The position numbers were made by a program, and so were the translations under genes. A stretch of DNA of 64,000 bases from Acidimicrobiia bacterium (GTDB lineage Bacteria > Actinomycetota > Acidimicrobiia > Spongiisociales > JAHEDJ01): the NCBI GenBank assembly GCA_029210695.1, contig JARGFH010000005.1, forward strand, positions 48,834 to 112,833, written 5' to 3'. This document shows, in pieces, positions 21,753 through 30,676 of this stretch (its first letter is position 1; each line of letters begins with the position of its first letter). The notes below the pieces were generated by a model. It was not told the origin of the DNA. It did no database searches and saw only the letters and a program-made list of their open reading frames with translations.

Positions 21753-23632
21753 GATTCGATGAGCTCCAGGATCTTCCGTTCGATTTCCGAGACCTTGAAC
21801 GGTTCTGCCGATACCTTGTTGAACCCGATGGCGGGAACGAGGTATTCCGCCCTGATCAGATGGCGAAGCTGACCCATGTTCAGCTCGGGGATCAGGACTT
21901 TGTCGAAGCCGTGCACGACCTCTCCGAGGTTGGCCGGGAACGGATTGAGATGCCGCAGGTGGGCCACCGAAACCGCCAGGCCACGCTTGCGGACTCTGCG
22001 GACGGCGCCCTTGATCACACCGTAGGTCGACCCCCATCCGAGTACGAGCAACTTGCCATCCGGATCGCCGTCGACCTCGATGGGATCGATGTCGTTGGCG
22101 ATGTTGGCGATCTTCCAGGCTCTGGTGTCGATCATCAACTGGTGGTTGTCCGGGTCGTACGAGACATTGCCGGTGACTTCTTGTTTCTCGAGGCCGCCGA
22201 TGCGGTGTTCGAGACCGGGGGTGCCGGGAACCGCCCAACTCCGGGCGAACGTTTGCGGATCCCGCAGATAGGGCAAGTATTCGTCTCCGGCATTCGGTGC
22301 CTTGATCTGCGGCTTGCTGATGTCGGGCAGCTTGGAAACGTCGGGGAGATTCCAGGGTTCAGATCCGGTGGCGATCGAGTTGTCCGAGAGCACGATGACC
22401 GGAGTCATGTACTTGAGGGCGATTCTGACCGCTTCGATGGTGATCGCGAAGGCGTCGGACGGTGACTGGGCGGCCAGCACCGGCATGGGAGCCTCACCGT
22501 GCCTCCCGAAGATGGCGAACAGGAGGTCGGCCTGCTCGGGCTTGGTCGGCAAACCCGTCGAAGGACCGCCGCGCTGGACGTCGATGACGATCAACGGCAA
22601 CTCCATCATCAGCGCCAGGCTGATGGTCTCGCTCTTGAGGGCAAGGCCGGGACCGCTCGTGCCGGTGAAGGCAAGGTGGCCGGCAAAGGCCGCACCAACT
22701 GCAGCGCCGATGCCTGCGATCTCGTCCTCCGCCTGGAACGTCTTCACGCCGAAGTTCTTGTGTCGCGACAACTCGTGGAGTATGTCGGAGGCCGGCGTGA
22801 TCGGGTAGGTGCCGTAGAACACGGGCAGCTTGGCCGCCTGGCCGGCCGCAATGATGCCCCAGGCCATGGCGGTGTTGCCGGTCACGTTCGTATACGTGCC
22901 GGACTCGAGCTTGGCCGGTTTCACGAAGTACGTCGTGCGCGCCGCGTCCGTCGTGAGTCCGAAGTTCCAGCCCGCCTTCAGTGCTGCCACGTTGGCGTTG
23001 AGCACTTCCGGGCGTTTGGAGAACTTTTTCTCGAGCCATTCGGTCGTCGGTTCGAGTGGGCGGTTGAACAGCCAGGCCATGAGCCCGAGAGCGAAGAAGT
23101 TTTTCGAGCGAAGGACCTCACGCCCAGTGACGCCACTGTCCTTCACGGCCTCCTTGGTGAGCGTCTCCATGGGGGCGGAGATGATCCGGTATCCGTCGAG
23201 GGTCCCGTCTTCGAGGGGGTTCGTCTGATACCCCGCCCGGTGAAGGTTGCGCTCGATGAACGCCTCCGAATTGACGACGATCGTGCCGTTGGGACGAACG
23301 TCCTTGAGGTTCGATTTCAGGCCCGCCGGGTTCATCGCCACCAACACATCCGGTTCATCACCAGGCGTGAGAATGTCGAAGTCCGCGATCTGAACCTGGA
23401 ACGACGACACACCTGCCAGGGTGCCGGCCGGGGCCCGGATCTCGGCAGGGAAGCTGGGGAACGTCGCCAGATCGTTGCCGAACGCCGCCGAGGCGTCCGT
23501 GAATCTGGTTCCGGCCAGCTGCATGCCGTCGCCGGAGTCCCCGACGAAACGGATGATGGCTTTGTCGATCTCTTCCTGGTCGGAGGAGTGCTCTTCGACG
23601 GGAAGGGTGGCAGTTTCTTCTGACACCGACAT
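21749..23632 (-). CDS. korA: 2-oxoacid:ferredoxin oxidoreductase alpha subunit (fused gamma domain)
   Basis: GDSGDGMQLAG, GTYPITPAS, QAEDEI, QRGGPSTGLPT; RBS-like AAGGAAG before MSVSEE. Confidence 0.93.
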   Translation of the reverse strand: MSVSEETATLPVEEHSSDQEEIDKAIIRFVGDSGDGMQLAGTRFTDASAAFGNDLATFPSFPAEIRAPAGTLAGVSSFQVQIADFDILTPGDEPDVLVAMNPAGLKSNLKDVRPNGTIVVNSEAFIERNLHRAGYQTNPLEDGTLDGYRIISAPMETLTKEAVKDSGVTGREVLRSKNFFALGLMAWLFNRPLEPTTEWLEKKFSKRPEVLNANVAALKAGWNFGLTTDAARTTYFVKPAKLESGTYTNVTGNTAMAWGIIAAGQAAKLPVFYGTYPITPASDILHELSRHKNFGVKTFQAEDEIAGIGAAVGAAFAGHLAFTGTSGPGLALKSETISLALMMELPLIVIDVQRGGPSTGLPTKPEQADLLFAIFGRHGEAPMPVLAAQSPSDAFAITIEAVRIALKYMTPVIVLSDNSIATGSEPWNLPDVSKLPDISKPQIKAPNAGDEYLPYLRDPQTFARSWAVPGTPGLEHRIGGLEKQEVTGNVSYDPDNHQLMIDTRAWKIANIANDIDPIEVDGDPDGKLLVLGWGSTYGVIKGAVRRVRKRGLAVSVAHLRHLNPFPANLGEVVHGFDKVLIPELNMGQLRHLIRAEYLVPAIGFNKVSAEPFKVSEIERKILELIES

Positions 23633-23808
23633 CACTTCCTTTTCATGGCCGTTGGCGGCCGGCACAGGATCGCTCCCTCACCGAACTCGACTGGCGGCCA
23701 GTTTCATACGTTCAATTGCGAATGATCTGTTGACCATCCTCGGCGGGCCAGTGTACCCCTCCCCGGGAGTGAACAAAGGTCCATCGGTCTATGCCATCGG
23801 GCCGATGG

Positions 23809-24278
23809 TCATTCTCCGGAATTCCGCATTGATGCGGTCAGCTTGGCGAAGTGAGGTCGAACACGAAGCAGACGATTTCGTGGTCGTCGTTGTTCCATCC
23901 GTCTTCGAGCGGGGTGAAGAAAGAGAGGTCGAGCCGGGAGTCGGCGTACTCCGCCCCAACGTAGGCGGCGAAGCGGTCGACGCAGGCCAGGTAGGCGTAT
24001 TCGTTGAGAGCATCCTGGCCCGGCCACGCCTGATCTGGCTCCTCGTGGTCGAAGATGGCGTAGACCTCGTTGTCGTGAGCGACGTCGCACGGCAGCCCCG
24101 GCACGTCTTCGACTTCGATGACGGTGGGATCGTCGAAGCAATCCCCGATCTGGAAATCGGCCACCGGAATTGCCGCCGCTTCCGAAAGGCCTCCCGCGTC
24201 GTTTCGGGACACCGAGTTGCAGGCAGAGGCCACTGCCACGGCCGCGACCGTCAATGCCAGGAATCTGCGGTGGTACAT
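23809..24278 (-). pseudogene. Septum-formation domain lipoprotein with apparent 1-nt frameshift near the 3' end
   Basis: Lipobox VASAC, GDCFD, LPCDVAHDNEV, CVDRFAAYVG, W...IVC; frame stops at 23838 but the adjacent frame continues FAKLTASMRNSGE* to 23809. Confidence 0.6.
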
Positions 24279-24445
24279 CGGTGCTCCTTCGTTGCCGCTC
24301 GTCGCTTGTTGATAACCTACCAAACGGTAAGTTGGCGTTCGGGGCGGGTACTTGTCCTCTACTGGCGCCGGGTGGTGGGGAGCATAATGGCAGTAGTTGA
24401 CAAGAGAGCCACCTAAGGGACGTCGGGAGATCCCGACGAAGATTT

Positions 24446-24570
24446 CCGGGGTGGGGTGGGCTGTGAACGGTGGCGGTACGCCATCCCTCGATGTGTCGAG
24501 GTTCCTCCCCGTTTCGGGCTTCGCATCATGCGACGCCTGTACCGCATCGGGCACACTCACCCCACACCGG
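24446..24570. ncRNA. Candidate structured RNA (long stem closing a three-hairpin junction), family unknown
   Basis: Nested complementary segments read directly; see findings. Confidence 0.4.
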
Positions 24571-24581
24571 ATTCTCAATTG

Positions 24582-25952
24582 TCACACCGGGGGGACTGTC
24601 ACTTTGCTCAGTCCGGCTGCTTCGAGGTAGGCGCCGAAGTCCAGCAAGCGCTGCTCGTGCCACCAGGGACCGATGATCTGCAGTGCGGGAGGTGGCGACC
24701 CTTCGATGGCGAGCGGCACGACGAGCGCCGGCACCGCCGCGTGATTGATCGGTGCCGAGAACCACGAGAGTGCCGACCGGTAGTGAACCGACCCCGACGA
24801 AGAATCCACCGTGTCGCTTCCGATGGTCTTCGTGGTCGTGCACGTGGCGGGCGTCACGATCAGATCGACCCCGGCAAACGCCCGCTCGAAGGACTGCCGG
24901 AGCCGGGCGCGCCAGGCCAGGCCGTTCACGTATTCATCGAGGGTGACCTCATCGGCGCGTTGCATTCGCTGCTCGACCTCCGGACCGTAGTGCTTACCGG
25001 AGGCGCGAAATGAGCGGTGGACGGCGGCCACCTCACCGTAGACCGAGGCGAGGAGGAGATCCGGGGCAACGATGTCGGGAAGCTCGATCGCCTCGATCGA
25101 CACACCGATCCCGTCGAGCGACCGGACTAACCCGTCGAACCCGGCGGTCACTTCGTTGGTCAGGGGCGCATCATCGATCCAGGCGGTCGGGACGCCGATG
25201 CGGAGGCCGTCTGGTCCGCTTTGCGGCCGAACTGCAGGAGCGGGGGAGAACGACGACCAGGGATCTCCGGGGTCGCCACCTGCCATGAGTGAATAGATGA
25301 GACCGGCATCGCCGACCGAGCGTGTGATCGGGCCGACGGTGTCGAGCGAAGGGGCCAGCGGAAAGACCCCCGAGATTGGGATGCGTCCGTGGGTGACTTT
25401 GAGGCCGACCAGCCCGCACAGCGCGGCCGGAACCCGGATCGATCCACCCGTGTCGGTCCCGAGCGCGGCGGCCGCCAGCCCGGCCGCCACCGCCGCTCCC
25501 GATCCGCCGGACGATCCACCCGGTGAGGTGTTCGGATCCCATGGATTCCGCACCGGGCCGAACCAGTGGTTCTCACTGGAGAACCCGAACGCAAACTCGT
25601 GGAGGCCGGTCCGGCCGACCGCAATGGCGCCGGCCGCCTCGAGCCGCCCTACGGCCGGGGCCGTGTGTTCCGGAACCGAACGGTAGAACGACGACCCGGC
25701 CGTGGTGAGGAGCCCGGCCTGGTCGATTAGGTCTTTGACGGCGATGGGCACACCGGCGAGCGGCCCGGGGTCTTCGCCACTCTGGATCATCTCGTCGATC
25801 AATGCCGCCCTGGCCAGTGCCCCTTCGTGATCGACGAGCGTGAACGCGTTCAGCGGTGAGGCATCGATGCGGGCGAGGCAATCGACCACCGTCTCGGTGG
25901 CGGTGATGTCGTGCCTGCGGACGGCCGCGGCCAGCCCGAGCACGTCGTCCAT
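24582..25952 (-). CDS. Amidase signature family protein (GatA-like)
   Basis: GVPIAVKDLI, GGSSGGSGAAVA, GTDTGGSIRVPA. Confidence 0.93.
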   Translation of the reverse strand: MDDVLGLAAAVRRHDITATETVVDCLARIDASPLNAFTLVDHEGALARAALIDEMIQSGEDPGPLAGVPIAVKDLIDQAGLLTTAGSSFYRSVPEHTAPAVGRLEAAGAIAVGRTGLHEFAFGFSSENHWFGPVRNPWDPNTSPGGSSGGSGAAVAAGLAAAALGTDTGGSIRVPAALCGLVGLKVTHGRIPISGVFPLAPSLDTVGPITRSVGDAGLIYSLMAGGDPGDPWSSFSPAPAVRPQSGPDGLRIGVPTAWIDDAPLTNEVTAGFDGLVRSLDGIGVSIEAIELPDIVAPDLLLASVYGEVAAVHRSFRASGKHYGPEVEQRMQRADEVTLDEYVNGLAWRARLRQSFERAFAGVDLIVTPATCTTTKTIGSDTVDSSSGSVHYRSALSWFSAPINHAAVPALVVPLAIEGSPPPALQIIGPWWHEQRLLDFGAYLEAAGLSKVTVPPV

Positions 25953-25956
25953 CAGA

Positions 25957-27069
25957 TCACCAGGAGAGAGTTCGGGTATCCGGGAATACCGACACCCACG
26001 GTTTGCCGGGTGGGACGGTCAGCGTCGATCCGTCCGCCTTGGTCAGTGCGAACGGCTCCTCGATGGAGGCCCTGGTCCAGACCCCTTCTTCCACTTCGCC
26101 GCCGGAGAAGACGAGTGCCCGACCGGTGCCCACCGTCTCCATGGCAGGCACGGAGCTTCCTGCCCCGGATGGTGAGGCGGTATAGCGGCGAGCCAACAAC
26201 ACCACCAGGGTGTCGGTAGCGATTTGGGCTGCTTCGCCTTCCTGGCTGATCCACTCGTGCGGTTCTCCTCCGGTGAAGCGTACATACCGTTCGCCGTCCC
26301 ACTGCCACATGACCTGGAGTCCCGGGGACCAGCTGAGTGTAATTTCCGTTGCTTTCTGGCGATCACCGGCCGGCCAGGCGTCCCATGCGAAGAGATCGGG
26401 CGGTGGCTCATCCGGGTAGCCGCGCCCGTCTGCGTATTCGCGCAACGCGGCTGTGTCGACATAGAGGTTGTGTGGGGCGTAGCGGCCCGAAACCCGGAAC
26501 GTAGCGGGGCGTACCTCGCCGATGAGGGACACACCGGCTGCGGTGATGCGATTGATCACCCACGGCTGGGCGCCGCTGATGGTGAAGGTCGCCCCGAGGG
26601 GCCGCAACAACGTCGGGTCGGTCGGGCGGCCCGACCGCATGGGGCCCAGGTACGACGAATCGCTGTCGTGGAACAGGGCGATGAAGCGGGTGAGGCCGGC
26701 TTCAACCAGCAGTTCGTAGACGGCGTCTGCTTCCTGGATCCCGGATTGAGGGCGGGCATTCCAGTGGTTGTCGATCTTGACCGCCATCACCCGCCGCTCG
26801 AGGAGGAGCGGGTCGTCGACCGATAGTCCGTCGAGCGGCGACATCGGTCCTGCCGGGAGGGTGGTCGTCGTTGTCGAACTCGTCGTGGTCGGCGCCACAG
26901 TGGTGGTTGTCGTCGAGGGCTCGGTCGTGGTGGAGACGACCGGCTCGATGGTGGCCGCCGACGATCCCGAGCATGCGGCGGTCAGCACAATGCTCAGCAC
27001 CGCCAGGGTTAGGGGGGTTCTTCGAAACACGGGGCGGGAGTGTAACCCGATTGTCGGCCTGTGAGACAT
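25957..27069 (-). CDS. DUF3048 domain lipoprotein
   Basis: Lipobox LTAAC, Thr stalk, VKIDNHWNARPQSGI, EAGLTRF, GPMRSGR, RYAPHNLY. Confidence 0.88.
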   Translation of the reverse strand: MSHRPTIGLHSRPVFRRTPLTLAVLSIVLTAACSGSSAATIEPVVSTTTEPSTTTTTVAPTTTSSTTTTTLPAGPMSPLDGLSVDDPLLLERRVMAVKIDNHWNARPQSGIQEADAVYELLVEAGLTRFIALFHDSDSSYLGPMRSGRPTDPTLLRPLGATFTISGAQPWVINRITAAGVSLIGEVRPATFRVSGRYAPHNLYVDTAALREYADGRGYPDEPPPDLFAWDAWPAGDRQKATEITLSWSPGLQVMWQWDGERYVRFTGGEPHEWISQEGEAAQIATDTLVVLLARRYTASPSGAGSSVPAMETVGTGRALVFSGGEVEEGVWTRASIEEPFALTKADGSTLTVPPGKPWVSVFPDTRTLSW

Positions 27070-27129
27070 GGCAAATTCCGGGGTCGGCAGATCGGGTCAC
27101 GCTCCCCGCCGACCTCGGTCAGAGCGACG

Positions 27130-27558
27130 TCAGCGGGGCCGGTCGATCAGCCCGGCTCTGCGCAGCGGCCAATAGCGAAAGAACGCAACGTTTGCTTGGT
27201 CTCCGATGAGAATGGGCCCGAGCGTCCGCCCATCGTCCCGCGACCGGTGGCGGGCATCACCCAGGACGAAAACGTGGCCGGCCGGTACTCGCCACGAACC
27301 GTTCGGGGTGGTGTCGTCGACCGTCCACCTTTCGACTAGCTCCCGGCCATCTACGAAGACCGCCCCGTCCTCGACGTCGATGGTTTGTCCCGCCATCCCG
27401 ATCACACGCTTGATCAGGTGAAAGCCCGTTCGGTCCGGATGCTCGAACACGATTACGTCCCCGCGAGCCGGCCGGCGACGCCACGTGACCACGTAGTCGC
27501 CCTCCTGGAGGTGGGGGCTCATCGATGCTTCAGCAATGGCAAACCTGCGGAACAACAC
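27130..27558 (-). CDS. sodX: S26 family peptidase, Ni-SOD maturation protease
   Basis: SMSPHL..GD, IKRV, VLGD; no TM anchor; divergent from sodN. Confidence 0.75.
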   Translation of the reverse strand: MLFRRFAIAEASMSPHLQEGDYVVTWRRRPARGDVIVFEHPDRTGFHLIKRVIGMAGQTIDVEDGAVFVDGRELVERWTVDDTTPNGSWRVPAGHVFVLGDARHRSRDDGRTLGPILIGDQANVAFFRYWPLRRAGLIDRPR

Positions 27559-27633
27559 GCTGTGCCTCGGGTGTCGATAGAGAGCACGTGAGTGTATCGT
27601 CAGACTCAGAAACCCTACATCCGGAGGTTATTC

Positions 27634-28050
27634 ATGGGTCTGTTCAAGCCAAGCACCACAGCACACGCACATTGCGATTTGTACTGCGGTGTGTACGACC
27701 CGGCGCAGGCGAAGATCGAGGCGATGTCGGTCCTGAAGGTCGCAGAGAAGTACCAGGCTTCAGACGATCCGGAGTTTCGGGATCGCTGCATCTTCATCAA
27801 AGAAGAGCGCGCCGAAGAAGTGAAGCACCATTTGATGGTGCTCTGGGCCGATTTCTTCTCCGCAGACCATCGTGTCGAGTTCCCGCAACTCGACGATCTG
27901 TTCTGGCGGGCCATTCATCAAGCCGGCGATGCCAAGAAGAGCATGGATCCAGAAGCAGGCAGGAAGCTCATCGCCTTGATCGACGAGATTGCGGTGATCT
28001 TCTGGAGCACCGAGAAGGCCAAGGGAATGGGCGTCTATCCGCCCAAGTAG
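27634..28050 (+). CDS. sodN: Nickel superoxide dismutase precursor
   Basis: Leader ending AHA, then Ni-hook HCDLYCGVYDPAQA; KHHLMVLWADFF; RBS GGAGG. Confidence 0.93.
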   Translation: MGLFKPSTTAHAHCDLYCGVYDPAQAKIEAMSVLKVAEKYQASDDPEFRDRCIFIKEERAEEVKHHLMVLWADFFSADHRVEFPQLDDLFWRAIHQAGDAKKSMDPEAGRKLIALIDEIAVIFWSTEKAKGMGVYPPK

Positions 28051-28087
28051 GTGATAGGGGTACTAGGTCATAGGTAATAGGCCGTAG
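28048..28087. repeat. Degenerate heptamer array TAGG(T/C)NN
   Basis: TAG at 28048, 28055, 28064, 28071, 28078, 28085. Confidence 0.7.
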
Positions 28088-28115
28088 TTTGGGCCCCATC
28101 GGGGCCCAAACTACG
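28083..28115. terminator. Perfect 15-bp hairpin between convergent sodN and permease
   Basis: CGTAGTTTGGGCCCC-ATC-GGGGCCCAAACTACG. Confidence 0.75.
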
Positions 28116-28857
28116 CCAGATCGCGCTTCTTCAGGAGCAGCGTCGTCAGCCCTGTCGACACGACGAAAGCCACCAGGACTTTCGCCAGTGCGCCGCCGAC
28201 GCCCGGCACGAGGTTTCCGAGGAACCCGAGTGTTCCGGCCGGTATTCCTTCACCGATGTCTGCGTAGCCGCTGAAGGCAGTGATCCACACCGAAGAGGGG
28301 GCCAGCGCCGAGAGCGCTCTGCCGAGGATGCCTTCCCACACGAAGATGTAGGCCAGTCCGGCCAGCGTTGCCCGGCTGAACAGCAGGCCGAGAGGCACGA
28401 AGACCGCCGAATAGCCGAGCGCCTCGATGACGAGCGCGGCGAGCGGGGCTAGTCCCAGGCCGGCATCGCCGATCGTGATGATTGCCACCAACCAGGTGAC
28501 CGCCAGTCCAATTCCGGCCAGCAGTAGCGTTGCGGCGGTGGCGGCCGCAGATACTGAGGCGGCGATGATCCACCTCGGAACCGGCTTCACGACGATGTAT
28601 GAGAGGGTCGAGGCACGGAGTTCTTCACCGAAGGCCGAGGAAGCGTTCAACAAGGCCGTGACCGCCAGGCCGACCATCAGATACAGGCCGACGTTCAAAT
28701 CATGGAACAGGCCTATCAACTCGTCCTCATCGACCGAAGCCGAGGCAATGGCCAGAACGATGCCCGGCAGGGCCGTGAAGAGGGTGAGGCCGATGGCCCG
28801 TTTCCTCTGCACCAGTTGCCGGAAACTCAGCCGGAAGATCCATCTGGCGGCGATCAT
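28111..28857 (-). CDS. ABC-2 type permease
   Basis: Multi-TM, FGEELRASTLSYIVVKPVPR; coupled to upstream ATPase. Confidence 0.85.
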   Translation of the reverse strand: MIAARWIFRLSFRQLVQRKRAIGLTLFTALPGIVLAIASASVDEDELIGLFHDLNVGLYLMVGLAVTALLNASSAFGEELRASTLSYIVVKPVPRWIIAASVSAAATAATLLLAGIGLAVTWLVAIITIGDAGLGLAPLAALVIEALGYSAVFVPLGLLFSRATLAGLAYIFVWEGILGRALSALAPSSVWITAFSGYADIGEGIPAGTLGFLGNLVPGVGGALAKVLVAFVVSTGLTTLLLKKRDLA

Positions 28858-29792
28858 CGTGGTTTCACCAGATAGCGGAAGACGCTCTCCAGCGAGGTGT
28901 CCTCGGGATCCACCCGGGTCAGGCGAGCTCCCAGGTCCCGGCACAAGGCGGGAAGCCGGTGCCCGAGAGCCACCGGATCCCGCACCTCGACGTGGATGGT
29001 GCCGTCGATGAGCCTGACCCCCTCTACCCAGTCCTGGATGAGCAACGCGGCTCCGACCTTCCTCGGGACATCGGTGTCGATCCGGATGCGGCGGGGGATA
29101 TCGGTCATCGCCGTGCGAAGGTCGGCCACCGAACCCGCTGCGGCGAGGCGGCCGTCGACCATGGCAATGACCCGATCGGCCATTCGCTCCACCTCGTGGA
29201 GCACATGAGAAGACACGATCACCGTATGGCCGTTCTCCGCCAGTTCGGAGAACAGTCCGATCAGGTGAGCGCGCTGCACCGGGTCCGTCCCGTTGAGCGG
29301 TTCGTCCAGGAACAGGACGATCGGGTCGTGAGCAAGAGCCGCCGCCACCTTGGCGCGCTGGCGCATGCCTTTGCTGAACGTTCCGACCTTCCGATGGGCA
29401 ACGTCGGTCAGGCCTACGATCTCAAGCGCGCGATCTGCCGCCTCGGCCGGCTTGCTGAGGCCGAAGAGGGCGGCGTTGAAGGTCACGAACTCCCTGGCTG
29501 TGAACACCTCGTACACGGCCTCGTCCTCATGAACGAATCCGATCCGACGGAGCACTTCAGGGTTGGAGCGCGGGCCTTCGCCGAGCAACGTGATCCGACC
29601 TTCTGAAGGGCTCAGCAGCCCGACCATCATCCTGAGGAAGGTGGTCTTCCCCGCCCCGTTGGGGCCCAGCAACCCGGTGACACCGGGTCCGAATGAGCAG
29701 GACAGCTCGGACACGGCGACCTTCTGTCCGAACCACTTCGAGACGTCGTTCACCTCGACGGTGGCTTCGGCGGCGAAGCGGGCATCGGTCAC
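28854..29792 (-). CDS. ABC ATPase
   Basis: GPNGAGKTT, FSKGMRQR, FLDEPLNG; GTGA overlap with upstream permease. Confidence 0.92.
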   Translation of the reverse strand: MTDARFAAEATVEVNDVSKWFGQKVAVSELSCSFGPGVTGLLGPNGAGKTTFLRMMVGLLSPSEGRITLLGEGPRSNPEVLRRIGFVHEDEAVYEVFTAREFVTFNAALFGLSKPAEAADRALEIVGLTDVAHRKVGTFSKGMRQRAKVAAALAHDPIVLFLDEPLNGTDPVQRAHLIGLFSELAENGHTVIVSSHVLHEVERMADRVIAMVDGRLAAAGSVADLRTAMTDIPRRIRIDTDVPRKVGAALLIQDWVEGVRLIDGTIHVEVRDPVALGHRLPALCRDLGARLTRVDPEDTSLESVFRYLVKPR

Positions 29793-30676
29793 GGCAGCCT
29801 CCGGTACCTGGCCCACACGACGGTTGTAGCGAGGAGCGCGACGGCTACGGTGGCCGGGACTGCGGTCCACTGTTCGAAGCCGGACCGTTCGACGAGGTAG
29901 TCGACCGTGTCGATGTCGAAGATCCAATCTCTGATCACCCGGGGGTATTCCTCCACCGCCAGGAAGGCGGCGTACTTGGCGCCGGTCATATCGAGCTGTG
30001 TCAACAACTCACCGATTCCATTGAGGATGAAAAGGCCGCCGAAGAAGGCGCCGGCCGCGAACCCCTCGCGCGGTATCAGGGCAGCAGCCGTAACAGCCAA
30101 TGCCGCGTGCGCGGTGAAATAGGCGAGGGCGACCACCGGCACCTTCCACAGGATGTCGAGGTTGGCGCCCATGTACGACAGGAAGCCTTCAGTGGAGACC
30201 ACGCTCAGGCCGAGGTGCATGAGGATCTCTGGGACCAGGTAGAACGACAGAACCAGAATCGCCAGTGCGGCGATCTTGGCGGCGAGGTAGTCGACCATTC
30301 GTAGTGGACGGGAGAGGTAGATATTCAATACACCCTCGACCCGATCCGGAACCAGGAGGGCCGGCGCGGCAAAGGCGATGAACAGGATGGCGATACCGGA
30401 ATTCAGGTCGAAGTACTCGCCGTAGCCGGGGAGATCAGGTGCCGACGGTCCCAGCGCCACTCCTGCCACCCAGTGCAGGCCGACGAAAATGAAGGCGATG
30501 GCCGCGCTGATACCGATGAGCGACCAGGGGAACAGCTTCCTGCGCGCCTTGCGGCGGAGCCCCAGGACGCGGCGGAATCCTTCCTTGACGATGGCGCGCA
30601 TCGCTCCGCGTCTGCCGAGTCGTTCCTCGTCGTACGACCGATACCCGCGGTCGACGATGACGGCACGGTTGTTCAT
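29789..30676 (-). CDS. ABC-2 type permease
   Basis: Multi-TM, PDRVEGVLNIYLSRPL..DYLAAK. Confidence 0.85.
   Translation of the reverse strand: MNNRAVIVDRGYRSYDEERLGRRGAMRAIVKEGFRRVLGLRRKARRKLFPWSLIGISAAIAFIFVGLHWVAGVALGPSAPDLPGYGEYFDLNSGIAILFIAFAAPALLVPDRVEGVLNIYLSRPLRMVDYLAAKIAALAILVLSFYLVPEILMHLGLSVVSTEGFLSYMGANLDILWKVPVVALAYFTAHAALAVTAAALIPREGFAAGAFFGGLFILNGIGELLTQLDMTGAKYAAFLAVEEYPRVIRDWIFDIDTVDYLVERSGFEQWTAVPATVAVALLATTVVWARYRRLP

Noticed and set aside
23789-24013. 74-aa Thr/Ser-rich ORF
   Set aside because: Alternate frame of the septum-formation gene
24480-24560. Resemblance of CCCGATGCGGTAC...GCATG (minus strand) to group II intron domain V or a hammerhead core
   Set aside because: No AGC/CGC triad with GNRA-capped D5 geometry, no D6 or RT gene, no CUGAUGA core
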